Below are positions 27,953 to 40,611 of a stretch of 64,000 bases of DNA, piece by piece. This DNA comes from Octopus vulgaris (Eukaryota). The position numbers and the translations under genes are program-made. Where the stretch lies: positions 30,814,001 through 30,878,000 of the forward strand of contig OX597818.1 of the NCBI GenBank assembly GCA_951406725.2, read 5' to 3'. Below the pieces are notes generated by a model, which searched no databases, had not been told where the DNA came from, and saw only the letters and a program-made list of their open reading frames with translations. How positions within the stretch are numbered: the stretch's first letter is position 1; each line of letters opens with the position of its first letter.

Positions 27953-30900
27953 CTATAAAAAAGGGGGAATATTTTCATTAACAAACACAAAAGACATTAC
28001 ATTATAGTCAACAATTTAAATATCAAAAAGAAAAAAAGACACTATATGAAACCAAACTTCTTAATGTCATTAACTTGAGACTTTCTTACATATCAAAATG
28101 TAGAGATTGACATAATTTACAATTGCTTCTTACAAGTTTTAATGCTTTATGAAATTAACTCAAACGGTTATTATCATGAGATTATTTCAATATTTTTAAT
28201 TGGTTGCATACAGTTACTTTAGAATATTGACAGATAAAAACAGTTAAGAACATAGACTAAAGGGAACAAAATGCCAATATATGTATTGATAAATTTATAT
28301 ATGAACATTAGCCGAACCAATTAAAATCTTGTATATGTAGCATGTTGATTGAGCAAGCCAACTTTAAACATTTGCTCATTTTATGTTTGACATCAGTTCA
28401 TGCACTAAAATTTGAATTTTACTTGAATATTTGATATAAAATCACAACAGCACATTTAGTAGCTGAATTGACAAAAGACAATATTCCAGGAATTAGAACA
28501 TAAGTGAAGCATAATAAGCACTCCTTTGTGGTCAAAAGTCTGGCACAAAGACTTCAATCAATCAACAAAAATGTTCTGGTGAAATACATTTAGTACATCA
28601 TCAAAGCAATTTTTTTTAGATTAGTCTTGTTGCATGCTGATACTTTCAACATGATTTTAAAGATTTTTTTTTCTAATTAAAATAACTGTAAAAGATATTT
28701 GGAAAAAAAAAATAATTTGTTTCATCATGGATGACTGACAATGATATTTTTAAATAATTCTTTAGTTTGTTTTAGCAACCAGAACAAAGTGATGGGCAAA
28801 GTGATATTGGACAGGGTTTCCACTATAAAGAGATGTAACCAAGTACCACAAAGTAGTTATATATGCCAAAACACACTCAAAAGTGGTTTGATTTGAGCAG
28901 GAGACTTTGAGATGCTACATTATGATAGAAAACTACAATATTTTTTGATTTCTACTTGACTAGAAATAACTATTTCTAAATATATTTGGAAATAAATTTT
29001 CAAAAGGTCCTATATATTTTAGGACAAATTTACTTTCTTGTGACATCTTCATATAACTCTGAAAACAATCCTCAGTATGATAAGCTTCTATGAAGTAACA
29101 ATTTGAAGCAAGATCATCTTTCAGAAAATGTAAGTTTAGGTAAAAATTGTCTCAGTAGGAAATTTAAATTAGAAATCAAAATAGTAAAAAAATTTGTCAT
29201 TCCATAAGCTATAAATTTTTAAATGCTTATATATATGATTCAAACTGGAGTATAATCATCAGGAAATTGGCATTTTAAGTTCCCTTAGATGTCTAAAAAA
29301 CAACAACAAAAAGTGCCCAGTCTAAACTGTTTAGGAAAACTTGGCACTAATGTTCAGGAATATTTTAAGAAAACATTGTTGAGGAAATTATGAACTGGAA
29401 AATGGAAACTGATTCCAAGTACACAATACAGTGCTTCAAAACAGAAAGAAGACACGTATCAGGTAACAGAATGGCAAAAATTAGCAAAAGAGAAAATTAT
29501 TTCAAAATGATAAGACATGGAGAATAGGACTAATCTTGTCTGTTACTGCAACCTGCTTGATAAAGAATCAATATATTGGCAGTAATTGAACTAAACTCAT
29601 CTTTAACAGAATGCCATGAGATGTATATCAAAATAAAATTATTGCATGACTTATTCATAATGAAATTGCAGCTTTGCAACTATGACAAAATACTGATTGT
29701 ATATTTGTCAAGCAGATACAAGCAAGAATAGTCCAGCTAATGTTGGTTACATTCAACAGTTACACCTTTCATAATAGTCATGAAATAGACGTTCTCATAA
29801 GAAGAAAATTATCTAGAACATCCTCTGTATGAATTTAAGATGAATTTCTGAATTTATTCCTATGGCTCATAATTCAAATAAACATATACAAAAGTGAAAA
29901 TATTTATAAATATAAATACAAAAGTTACAGGAAATGAGAAGTTAAGAATATGCAAAGCCCTGGTCCAACAGCAACAGTATATTTAATTTTTTTTAGTTTG
30001 TTGTTAGATATTAAGAGAGTCATTATCGATACAAGCAGAAATGAAGCAATAAAAAAAATTAGATTCAATATAACAAAGTAAATAGAACTATTTCTTTATT
30101 AAAATCTATCAAAAGCATGACATTTTAATTATTGATGCTTAAAATATCAAGCATTTTGAGTTAAGTTACTTAGAACACAATCTGAATGCCATCATTTTCA
30201 AGCATTGCCCTTGCGCTTCAGTTAGAAAACAAAAGTTATAATCAAAGCTGTATTATTATACATCAACTATACAAAATAAGCTAATAGAAAGTATCATTTT
30301 TAAGAAAAGTGCTATTCTAATTAAACAAACAGTTTGATTCCATTAACTTATGTGATAAGAACTTTGTCTTTCATTTTAATAGGTATTTATCCACTGTTAC
30401 ACACACATTGGTGTACTCATATTTGCTAGAACAGGTCAGCAATATTGCTTAAGCATTGACTAAATAGAATTGTGAGTAACGAAGAAAAAGAATGTTAAAA
30501 AACTGCTTTTAGATAAATAAAACTTCAAAGTAATAGTCAACATTTAGGGTGGACATTTGTAAATTATAAACTACCACAAAACCAATAATATTGTCTTTAT
30601 TTGCAGATTATTTATCGCTAGATCATAAAAATGGCAGTACTAATCAATAACTTAATATCTTATTTCCAAATAAACAAAGTTTGACCAAAATACTATTCAG
30701 AAATTGTAGAGCAATATACACATATATAAGACTATAACTTTACGTTTTGACGTAACAATTGAATTCTTATGTCGTCAATACATTATGGAACAATGTACTA
30801 GCAGACAAAACTATAAACTAACAGTAGAGAGAATGTTAACATTTAGAAATGAACAAAGACATTGTAACCATTTAATAAAATAATAGGCCTTGTCCCAAGA

Positions 30901-31716
30901 GGACATGAAAAACTTAAATATACTGACAAAAGAAAAGATAAATTTAGTGTTATAAACACTAAATATTAATGAAGAATTTTCAAATACATAGTCAAAAATA
31001 TACACAAACAGTAATAAACCAAAAAAAATTAACAAAGCTAGGTAAGAGTCCGAGCCCATCTGGCTCTCTCAATGTTTTATTTTTACACTTGCTTATTTAT
31101 GAAGACTGACATGTGCACACACAAGCTATGACCAAATTTTTATTTAGACTTGAAAAGAATCTTAATTTTTAACATTAACCTTACATAATTATTGTCAAAT
31201 TTTTAAACATCCATTTTCCTCTCTGTAGCATGGATTTACAGATTTGAACATTTTCACACTGTTGGACTAGTTTCTATTAACAGCAAAAACATCAGTCCTA
31301 ATAAAGTAGGAATGGAGCTTTTCAACTCAGCTGAAGCACATATATTTGCCCAGAAGGACACAATATGATGGCTAAAATAAGGTTTGAATTTGCTATCATG
31401 TGCTTCATAATTATTAACATATTAATGGAAGTTACTACAGAAAAAGAAACATTCATACAGATTAGTACAAATCAGAACTTAAATAGCATGTGTACTAGTG
31501 CTTAGTTTAACAGTAATTAAATGGTAATAAATATCAAAGAAGTTTTAGTGAAGCTGTTAGTATAAGTCATCAGCATCAAAGGTTAGTCAAGATCAAAAAC
31601 AAAATACAACAGTATTTTTTTAAGATTAATTTTGAAAACAAACTTAAATTTATTAGTAATTATTGTTTGTGGCAGCAACATCAAAGCTTAATATTGCAAC
31701 AGAAAAACAAGGTTAC

Positions 31717-31790
31717 CTTTTCCATTTCTACATAAACCTCTTCAAAGAATTCATCATAGTGCTGTTGGATCTCAAGCTCTCCCATTTGGA
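31717..31790 (-). CDS. U2AF1: U2AF1 exon 4b (mutually exclusive, 74 nt)
   Basis: tgttttcgtttag / AAG|gtaacc; xQMGELEIQQHYDEFFEEVYVEMEK; same phases as 4a, no stops. Confidence 0.88.
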
Positions 31791-32550
31791 CTAAACGAAA
31801 ACAGAGCACCAGCAGATATAGAATAGTGGGATAACAATTATAATACCTATAACCAACAGGCTAGGAGGAGCACTACACTAGGAATTAGAGTACAAAATAA
31901 CTATTTTAACAGCTTCAAGTCAACAAACTGAAAAATAATGTAAGAAGGAAACAAAAGCTGTAAAATGAAGTGCATTAGTTTGGACTGAAAAATGTAGGCT
32001 AGATGAGTGGAAATGGTATTATGAATTGTTTAAGTATTTTTATTACAAAATAATGTGAAACAAGTGCTTTATTGCAATCTTTAGAATGATTACAATAAGA
32101 AATATCATTTCCACTCAAACTGATCAAATAATCCAATGTTTATCTGCAAATGAAAATAAAAATGAGTTATTTGAAAAATATTTTTACCAGAGAATGGTGA
32201 AAACGATGTACTGGCTGTAAAAGTTGTAAAGCATGATTTGAAAGGTTATTAATTAGAAAACAGAATAAAAAAGAAAAAATTTTTTTATATCAGCCAAAAG
32301 TACTAACTATCACCATTCTCTGGTAATAGAAATCCCAAAATTTACAACATGGAAACAATAAGGAAAGGAAGGAAATGAATGATATATATTTAATTTAAAT
32401 ATTTTTGCAAAGAATATCTTGTTTCCATGACACAAATTCTGGACTGAAATATTTAGAGCAAGAACAATGAGAAAAAAAAAAAAACATTGCAAAATAATTG
32501 TTTGTTTGTCCTGTGCTAGCGCTGAAAGGAAAGCAAGAAAGGAGGGTTAC

Positions 32551-32627
32551 CTTGTCCTCTATTTCACAAAATACCTCCTCGAAAAAATCATCAAAATCCT
32601 GTTGCGCTTCAACATCGTCCATTGTCA
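32551..32627 (-). CDS. U2AF1: U2AF1 exon 4a (mutually exclusive, 77 nt)
   Basis: tacttcttttcag / AAG|gtaacc; xTMDDVEAQQDFDDFFEEVFCEIEDK; phase 1 in, phase 0 out. Confidence 0.92.
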
Positions 32628-35410
32628 CTGAAAAGAAGTAACAAACATGAAGATATTCCTTCATGGCACAACAGGGAAGGAATGTCATAGTGGCAGTTAA
32701 AATTTAGATAGAATAATGGGACAAGAAGCTTGTAGTTGATTTATAGTGACTAAAGTAACAGGAGGATAACTTGGGACTTGTGAAGATTTCCCCTCATTTA
32801 TACAATCCTTGCAGCGTCATATTAGTGCACAGAATTTAATTAATAACTCAAGATCCAAGCAGCGTTAAGGAATTACAGATTATTAAATTTATCGAGATCC
32901 ACTGTGCAGCATTAATGGAATATGTATTTATACAGAATGGAAATAGTAAGGTATTTATCACAACATCTTAAAGTCCAGTTAAAATACTAATTCAACTTAG
33001 ATTCCTCTGCAGTGCTCAAGAAGAGAGGTTCATTAGGTATGTCGAGTAATAACAAAACAAAAATAGTGAACCACTAAAAGATTTTTTCTAGACTTTTATA
33101 CCTTAGCTTAACATGCATTTCAACTATATACATTGCCAAACACAGTTTGAGGTTTTAAACAGGTAGAAATGTTTAGTATAATTCTTTTTAAAAATCCACA
33201 CTATTTTCATGATAAAAAAAAGGAATGAAATGATAACTAAGAATAAAAAAAAAACCGAGTGATGAGGTGAGGATATATTCATGAATATTGAAGTGATTTT
33301 TCTCAAAAGAGAATGGAAATCAGTTTTCAATTTCGTATTGTCACGACGACAAAACTTGTCAAAGTAAATGAAGATTAGAAATAGTAATATATATATATAT
33401 TTAAATGGTTGCATTCAAGAGGGGTCAAATAGTCATATATATATTATAATATATAAAAGACAAGAGTTTGCTTTTGAATCAGTTCTGATCAAGGTTACCT
33501 TAATATTTTTGTACTAATTATTTTAATATTCCATTGACGAGAACAAGCTGCTAAAATAAGTGCTACTGGCTGCAAGATATTTTTCTCGTTGCCCCAGAGC
33601 TAACTTGAATGAATGTGTTCAAGGATTACAATAGTGAAGAAATCTTAAGTTAAGGAGACAGCTAAGCTAAGTTGATAAAATACCAGAAGAAAAGCTGCTT
33701 TAGGGAGCAGTGAACATTTACCTTGCTGTCAATCACTGAGCAAGTTAAGCATACAAAGAAAAATGACAAATTGATGATTTTTTTAATACAAAAAATGAAA
33801 ACATTGTATTATGGACAATTGTACTATTTAAAAAAATAAATAAATAAATAAAGGAAAGCATAAAAATCAACAAAATACAAGAAGCAAATAATATAAGGAT
33901 CATATGTAATATGATTTCATAACAGCATGGCAATCTTAAGATTTGGCTGTCTAAGAAAGAAAATGGTCAAAACCATTTTATAGATAATAGTTATATATTT
34001 AAAATAATTTTCAATCAAGTTAGGAAGGAGTGTTGTGTGCGTAAGTATGTGTTTTAGAAACTTCAATTTGATTAGAAACCAGTTGCTGGTACTCCTTCCA
34101 AAGGATCACATTGTAACTTAATGATATTGCAACAAATCTGATATTGGTGGTCTTCAAGTAATGAATTCAATGTTTTAGTAGAAAACATCTTTAACAATGA
34201 TTCTGAATATAAAGTTACAAATCAAATGAAATGACTGCCAGGCTTTTATGAACACTGCTAAAGCAATAAAAAGAATAAGGCTAATGATAAAGAACACCAT
34301 GTGGACAAATACAACAATGAAGAATAACAAATAGAAAGTGACAGATCCAAAGACATGGAGACAAAGAAGCTGTGTGAAAGTGTTGAAATGGTCACAACAA
34401 CTAGTAAAACACAAAGACACAGCTTCAAAATTTAGAAGCCATTAATGTACACAAACATGTGGAAAGATAAATGGATAGATCAACTAACAATTTGAAATAA
34501 ACAGAAGAAAACACAAAATACAATTTAAACAAATTAAAATCACAACAATAAAAGTGACAACTCAATATATAATTATTTTGGCTCAGAGAAATTTTTATGG
34601 AGTTTATTTTTAACAATTGGATAACTTAGATTTCAATATTTTGTTAACTGGAATAATCAAATTGGTTAATAAAATACCAAGCAAGTTGATATATTGTTTT
34701 GTCACCGTGAAAAACATTCAAAAGGGTTAGTATACTGTGCTTAAATGAGATATATACAGAAAACTTTTGAAACAAAAATTTAAAACGTTTTAAATAATTT
34801 AGTAAGTAGTATGATTTCTTAAATAAGCTGAATTAAAAGTATTAATATACTCTACAAGTAGTTTTTCTTTTAATGTGATAGGTTAATGATTTTCAAATTT
34901 TTGCATATAATATTGTTTTTAACAAGTGAATATCATTAGAAATAAAGAATATTGTATAATTAATCCACATAATATAGCCAGAATAAAGTATTTAATACTG
35001 ATTTTTTATACTGACACAGGGTCACAAATTAGTTAAGAGAGAGACACAGGTCATTTAATTAATAGGATTTGAACTTAGAATATAGAAACCATGAAGACAT
35101 TTCGTTTGGTACTTTAGAATTTCTATCACTCTCCTTCCTAATAATAATTTGCAAGGGAATGAGGCAGGAAGTGGCCCAGCAATGCTAATGAAGATGCTCA
35201 CCAGTACACAAAGGACAGCTTTATGAGCATGGAATGGTAACAATCATTTAAGCAGGTAGTGAAATCTGTTAAAAAATTTATTTTAAAAACTGCAGACATA
35301 AGATTTAGTAGGACTACAGTCGGTGTAGAGCACACAGCATCATGATTAACAGTCAGCTTAAGTGGTAGGTGTTACAAATGTAGTTAGACCTACTTTCTTC
35401 TATCTCAGGA

Positions 35411-35830
35411 ACTAGTTAGTTAGTTAATTTTTTGGCTCAAAAAGCAAAAAGCAAGGCCATGTAGGGGGACATGGAGTTATGTACAGGGTGGTGTTCATGT
35501 AGAGTCCAGGCCACTTGTGGTCAAGGGAGACTTTGAACCGAGCGGTCGTCGGCATCTTCACCATCTCGTCCGGTAGCTTATTCCACGGATCCGCAACCCG
35601 GACGGAGAAAGCCTCTCTCCTTCGATTGAAATGAAATTGTTGCAGATAGAGCTTTTCGGAATGACCCTGCAGCCGACGCTCTGGAGCAGGAGTGAAGAAC
35701 AGCTCTTTCGAGAGGTTACACTTTCTGCTTATGATGTTGTGAGCAAGAATGAGATCACCATGGCGGCGGCGTTTTTCTAGAGAATAAAGGTCGAGCGTCT
35801 TCAGCCTTTCTTCATAAGACAAATTCTTGA
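35411..35830 (-). mobile_element. CR1-like LINE 3' fragment with (TAAC)n tail
   Basis: SYEERLKTLDLYSLEKRRRHGDLI...FSVRVADPWNKLP. Confidence 0.88.
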
Positions 35831-37469
35831 GACATGGCTATCTAGCTGCACTTTAAGATAAATCAAATTCTTGAATATTACTCATATTCCAGCAATTCAA
35901 GGACGATATATATTCATTTGCAATTATGATTTCATATATAAAAAAACTCCTTTATTCATATGACCAATTTATATCTAATTCTTAGTCTTGCATTTTGTTT
36001 TTAAGATTATGATGTTTAAATAAAAAAAGAAAACAGACTATGTTCATATTTCTTTGTTATTATGTAAAACCTTGAGCACTTCTCATTTATCACAGTATAA
36101 ACATATATATATATACACACATATATATATACATCATATATAACCCCACACAAAATTCTCTCTTAAATACAAACACAGCATGCAAGAAGACAATATTGCA
36201 AACAAAAATAAAAACCAATGAAAAATCCCCCAAAAGTTACATCATAAAAAATCAACTAATTGTCAACATTAAAAAACATAAAACACAATCCTGTGTAATG
36301 CCTTGGATGAATTGTGAAGAAATCAAAGAGAAAATTGTTATAATAAAAGAAGTAGCATAGATACTTTGTATGTAAAGCATGGAAAAGAGGAAACAATTTG
36401 TTGAAACTATAGAAAAATAGGTGTAAAGTTGTTTAAGTAAATACAATACTAGTATATGAAAAAAACAGGAGCTTAGAAATAGTTTAAGTAATATGCTAAG
36501 AAATATTTAAATTAAAAGATAAAGATGTAAAAATAGAAAATAAAAAATTAGCACTTTTTTTTAAAGTAACATTTTGTAAAATCAGGAACATGTAAGTATA
36601 TATTGTAGTTTAAGAACAAAAACTTTGTAATTATTAAATAATTAAAAGTTGACAAAATAGAACTGTCTTATGGGATGGCAGAAGGGAGAGAAAATATATT
36701 AAGGGGGTGAGCTATTTTTAAAATAAAGATTTGAATTAAAAGCAATATTTTAAATTAAGTATTATTCCAGTTCAGATACTTTTTAAAAGAAATAACTTCT
36801 AAAAATAATTTTTCTTATTAATTTCTTTCAAAATGACATAACTCTAAGTAACTGCTAAAAGTTATGGAATAAAAAAAAATCAATTAAAAAAATGTCAACT
36901 AAACAAATTTGCTACACAAATTCTTGCTAGAAGAACTAAAGAATAAGATTTTCATATACACATACACTAATATTAAATTAATTTGACCCAAATTGTACTG
37001 TTTACATTTAAAGAGGTTTTAGATCTTTCAATATTTCAATCGTAAACAGTCTATAAATAATCGAAATATCTGCTTAACTTCCAACACTGGAATTTTATAG
37101 TTTGATATTACATGTGTTCTATGATTTAAGATAGAACATACTTCAATTATAGGCACCCCTTTGTCTCAATATGTCATGCAAACAGCACAAATTGGTCTGG
37201 CTGGCAGGGAGATAGTGGATCATCTAATTATTGGAATAATCAAGAGTAGATAAATATAACCAGCACAAGATGTCTTGTCAAAAGACACATTTTCAGTAAA
37301 AATTTAATTTACATTCCCTGAGTGTACTAATGTATTAATTTATGTATTACTGACTAAATGTTCAAAACACTGTAAAACTAGTGAAGTGATTTGAACATTG
37401 AGTACCTCATTTTTCCTGGACACTCTCCCTTAATGTGGTATTTTGACCCTTTTTTAAAGATGGAGTTAA

Positions 37470-37865
37470 AAATCATGTTAGTTCATAAGTGAGTGCACCA
37501 GCCATTTGAAACATTAAATGTCCCGGTTCTTTAGTGATTTGCAGAGTGCATGGGCCAAAAGTTGCACATGTAACATAGGGCCATTGAAACAAAGTTCTAA
37601 AATCCACCCCTCTAGTTTGCTTTCCATTTTGGCATACACTGCGAATAAAGCCGTTTTTTTCCCCTTCTTTTTCATAAACTGTAATAAGGAACTTTTCAGC
37701 CTGTCTTCTTTTTGATCTCCAGTTGCTCACCATTTCTATTACTGTCACACCAAACTCATTTGGCTGCACTTTCTTTTTGTATGCTTGATTACGTTCAGTG
37801 TGAATTTCGCATAGTTCTGCTTTCTCTTCTGTGACACGATGTTTGAATATATTTACAGTTTTATA
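37470..37865 (-). mobile_element. Decayed pogo/Tigger-like transposase N-terminal fragment
   Basis: EFGVT..MVSNWR resembles the pogo helix-turn-helix; multiple frameshifts. Confidence 0.45.
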
Positions 37866-38320
37866 AACTGATGAGCAAGAATGATTTTATTTTTATTGAC
37901 TAACAAAGAATGCTAACTTAATGTGTAAAAACTTGTTACACAATCTTTTTATTGTATCTTAATTGCCATATTTAATATCAAATTAATCTATCAGCCAATT
38001 AGAACACACCTAAGTTTCACCACACATCCACTTATTGATGCATTGTTACGTCAGCCAATTAACATCAAGGGAATGGGGGGTCTGAAGCCATATTGTTAGT
38101 ATGTCCAGTTTGCATTACTCACTAACATCAAACGTTAATCCAAAAAGAGGCAGAGTTTGCTCAATTTAATCAGATAATGAAATACAGGAGATTGCAAACT
38201 GGAGAGAAACCAAAATAAAGGAAAGGAAAAAAAAAAAAAAAAAAAGAAACTCATTAAAACATATATTCTTTTTAATGTTTATCTGATTTGTCTTGTAATG
38301 GATCAGAGACTGCCACTTAC

Positions 38321-38326
38321 CTGTTT
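38321..38326 (-). CDS. U2AF1: Weaker candidate 6-nt U2AF1 microexon (AAACAG)
   Basis: Consensus CAG|gtaagt donor; nearest upstream acceptor (ttag) 6 nt away; proximal pyrimidine tract poor. Confidence 0.3.
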
Positions 38327-40297
38327 CTAATTCCGGTCCAAAATTGAATGTTTAAATGCAGTCGATCAAAAACAAACAAAAATGCCTATTAATTCATTTG
38401 ATTTCATATTTTCCGCAATAAAATTTTAAAAAATACTTATGTAAGAAAATATTAATCTTGGGTATCAATTGAGAGTACATTTCACTAATTAAACAGCTAT
38501 CATGAGCACTGTCATTTCACCAAGGGACAATGAATTTAAAGCTCAAATGGCTGGTGCACTTGCTTTATGAACTGACATAATTTTTTTTAAATCCCTTAAA
38601 AGAAATATCTGATAACTAGGTCTTGTGTATATGACAGCCCCAGTTGATTTTTAACCCTCAACCTGATGGAAAAATCAAATGGTAAGGTTGATATACTGAA
38701 TGGAGTACGTAAAATTTTCTTTATAGAAATTTGCCTTTTAGTTAGGAAAGAAAGCAAAAACCTAGCAGTAATTGTTAGCAACTCTTAAGAAAAGGTAAGA
38801 TAATTGCAAGAAATAAAAATAAAATAAAAAATTTTTTAAAAATAAGAAAAAAACATGCTTACAAGAAAATTTTTCTATGTCAAAAGGAAACAAGTCAGTA
38901 ATTTGAAATGTAAAGTATGCCTATTTTGGATAAACATACAATTTTAACATCAATGTAAAATGTAAACAGTGGTTTACACCAAAGGCTCTTGTCACTGTGG
39001 AAAGAAAAAGCAGGATTATCTAACTAGTTTCTAGTTTTCTTAACCTTAATCAGAGAAAGTATCCATCTGTCCACAAAGAGGATTAGGAGCTTAGAGCTAT
39101 TTATAGTGTATGGAAATTAGGGATTCAATTAAACTGGTCCTGCTCATTTACATAAGAGTTCATGACCTGATATGCTTAATAATGTACTATGCAGCATTTT
39201 AGATAATTTTGTAATGTATACCATTTTGTTTTGATAACCATAATAGTAAAGTAATAACCCTGTTATCAGCATATGCTTTATTAACATCAATCAAACAAAC
39301 CAGTCGAACTGCCTTCTAGTTTCTATACCCTAAAGTTATAAGCAATCACTCTTTATGCGAATAGATGAGTATATTTTCTGTTTATGGTCTAAGACTCAAA
39401 ACTAACCAGATCAATCCCATTTTTTCTGTCTACAGAAAGATCAAAACCAAATGCAACCACTATTTTTTACAGTAATGCTGAAATTGTATGTTTATCAGAA
39501 AGAGGTTTGCCATATATTTCAAATTATCCAAAATACTATGCAGTGCATTATTAAATAATTCATCTAGTGGCTTGTCGTCAGAAAGTGTCCAATTCTAAAC
39601 TATTTTAAATCCTCTTAAAGTTTTTGATTACATTTCACACAACTAACTAGGAAGGGACCTCACTTCACATAAAGTAAAAGATCTCACATTTCCTATTCTT
39701 TTAAGACAAAACTTCTTAAACTGCTAATCTGCCAAAACTTAGAAATAAAGTCATAACCTTTTTAAACTTTTAAAATTTCTGTCACATCAGTTAAAAGTAA
39801 TTTTTCTTAAATGTTTTAAAATGATTCTAAACTTTATTTCTAATTAAGGATTTTTATCAAATATACTATGAAGAATAATATAATTTCCAAAAGAAAATAG
39901 TTTTGAATATTATTTAAAACACTTTTTTCAAATTTTCATTACTCTGTAATTATTTTGATAACGTTTAGATTTACAAAAATAAAATAATGCATTTGTCATA
40001 TAACTTAAGCTGCATTTTAACGAAAATAAGTCAAATTGTAGTCATAAATATAAAAAAAAAAAAAAAAATACAAATCAAATATTTCAAAAAAATAATTTGG
40101 TAGTTTCAGTTTAAGACAGAAAGAAACCTAATTTTACATACTATTATTATTATATACCTATCATTAGGTCTACTAAGCCCCTGTAAAATGATAGTATTTA
40201 CACTAACTGTGCTTATCAGATTAAAGAAAAAAAAGGGCTATTTACTAATTGGCACAAACTTCCATAGGCTTCCAGGATAGGATGATGAATGACTTAC

Positions 40298-40303
40298 CAG
40301 GAA
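40298..40303 (-). CDS. U2AF1: Candidate 6-nt U2AF1 microexon (TTCCTG)
   Basis: Long T tract ending cttttgcag, then TTCCTG, then consensus donor gtaagt; frame-preserving. Confidence 0.6.
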
Positions 40304-40544
40304 CTGCAAAAGAAAAAAAAAAAATTACTTTATGAGGGTTTCGCAATTTTGATTTCTTACACAGACATGATACACTATTAAAATAACATCCATATAAACA
40401 TTATTCAATATATAACTTTTATATAACAGAGTTGAAGGAATACTCTGAACTGAAATTATTTGTATATGGAAATATTTTATAATTAAAGAAAATTGTAGTG
40501 TTGCTATCATAAAATGTAACAAAAGGTTTATCACCAATACTTAC

Positions 40545-40611
40545 TATGAGAGCCATCAGCTGTAAGTGCAGCATTTTGAGGGTTTAGGTATAGATTCTGT
40601 AGCAGTACTGT
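40545..40611 (-). CDS. U2AF1: U2AF1 exon 3
   Basis: tatatag / A|gtaagt; TVLLQNLYLNPQNAALTADGSH; 67 nt, ends in phase 1. Confidence 0.95.

Noticed and set aside
33493-33572. Third AAG|gtaacc donor at similar spacing to exons 4a/4b, a possible third duplicate exon
   Set aside because: Upstream sequence has no similarity to 4a/4b. The phase-compatible 71-nt version has an in-frame TAA and the 49- and 52-nt versions frameshift. A poison exon cannot be excluded but is unsupported.
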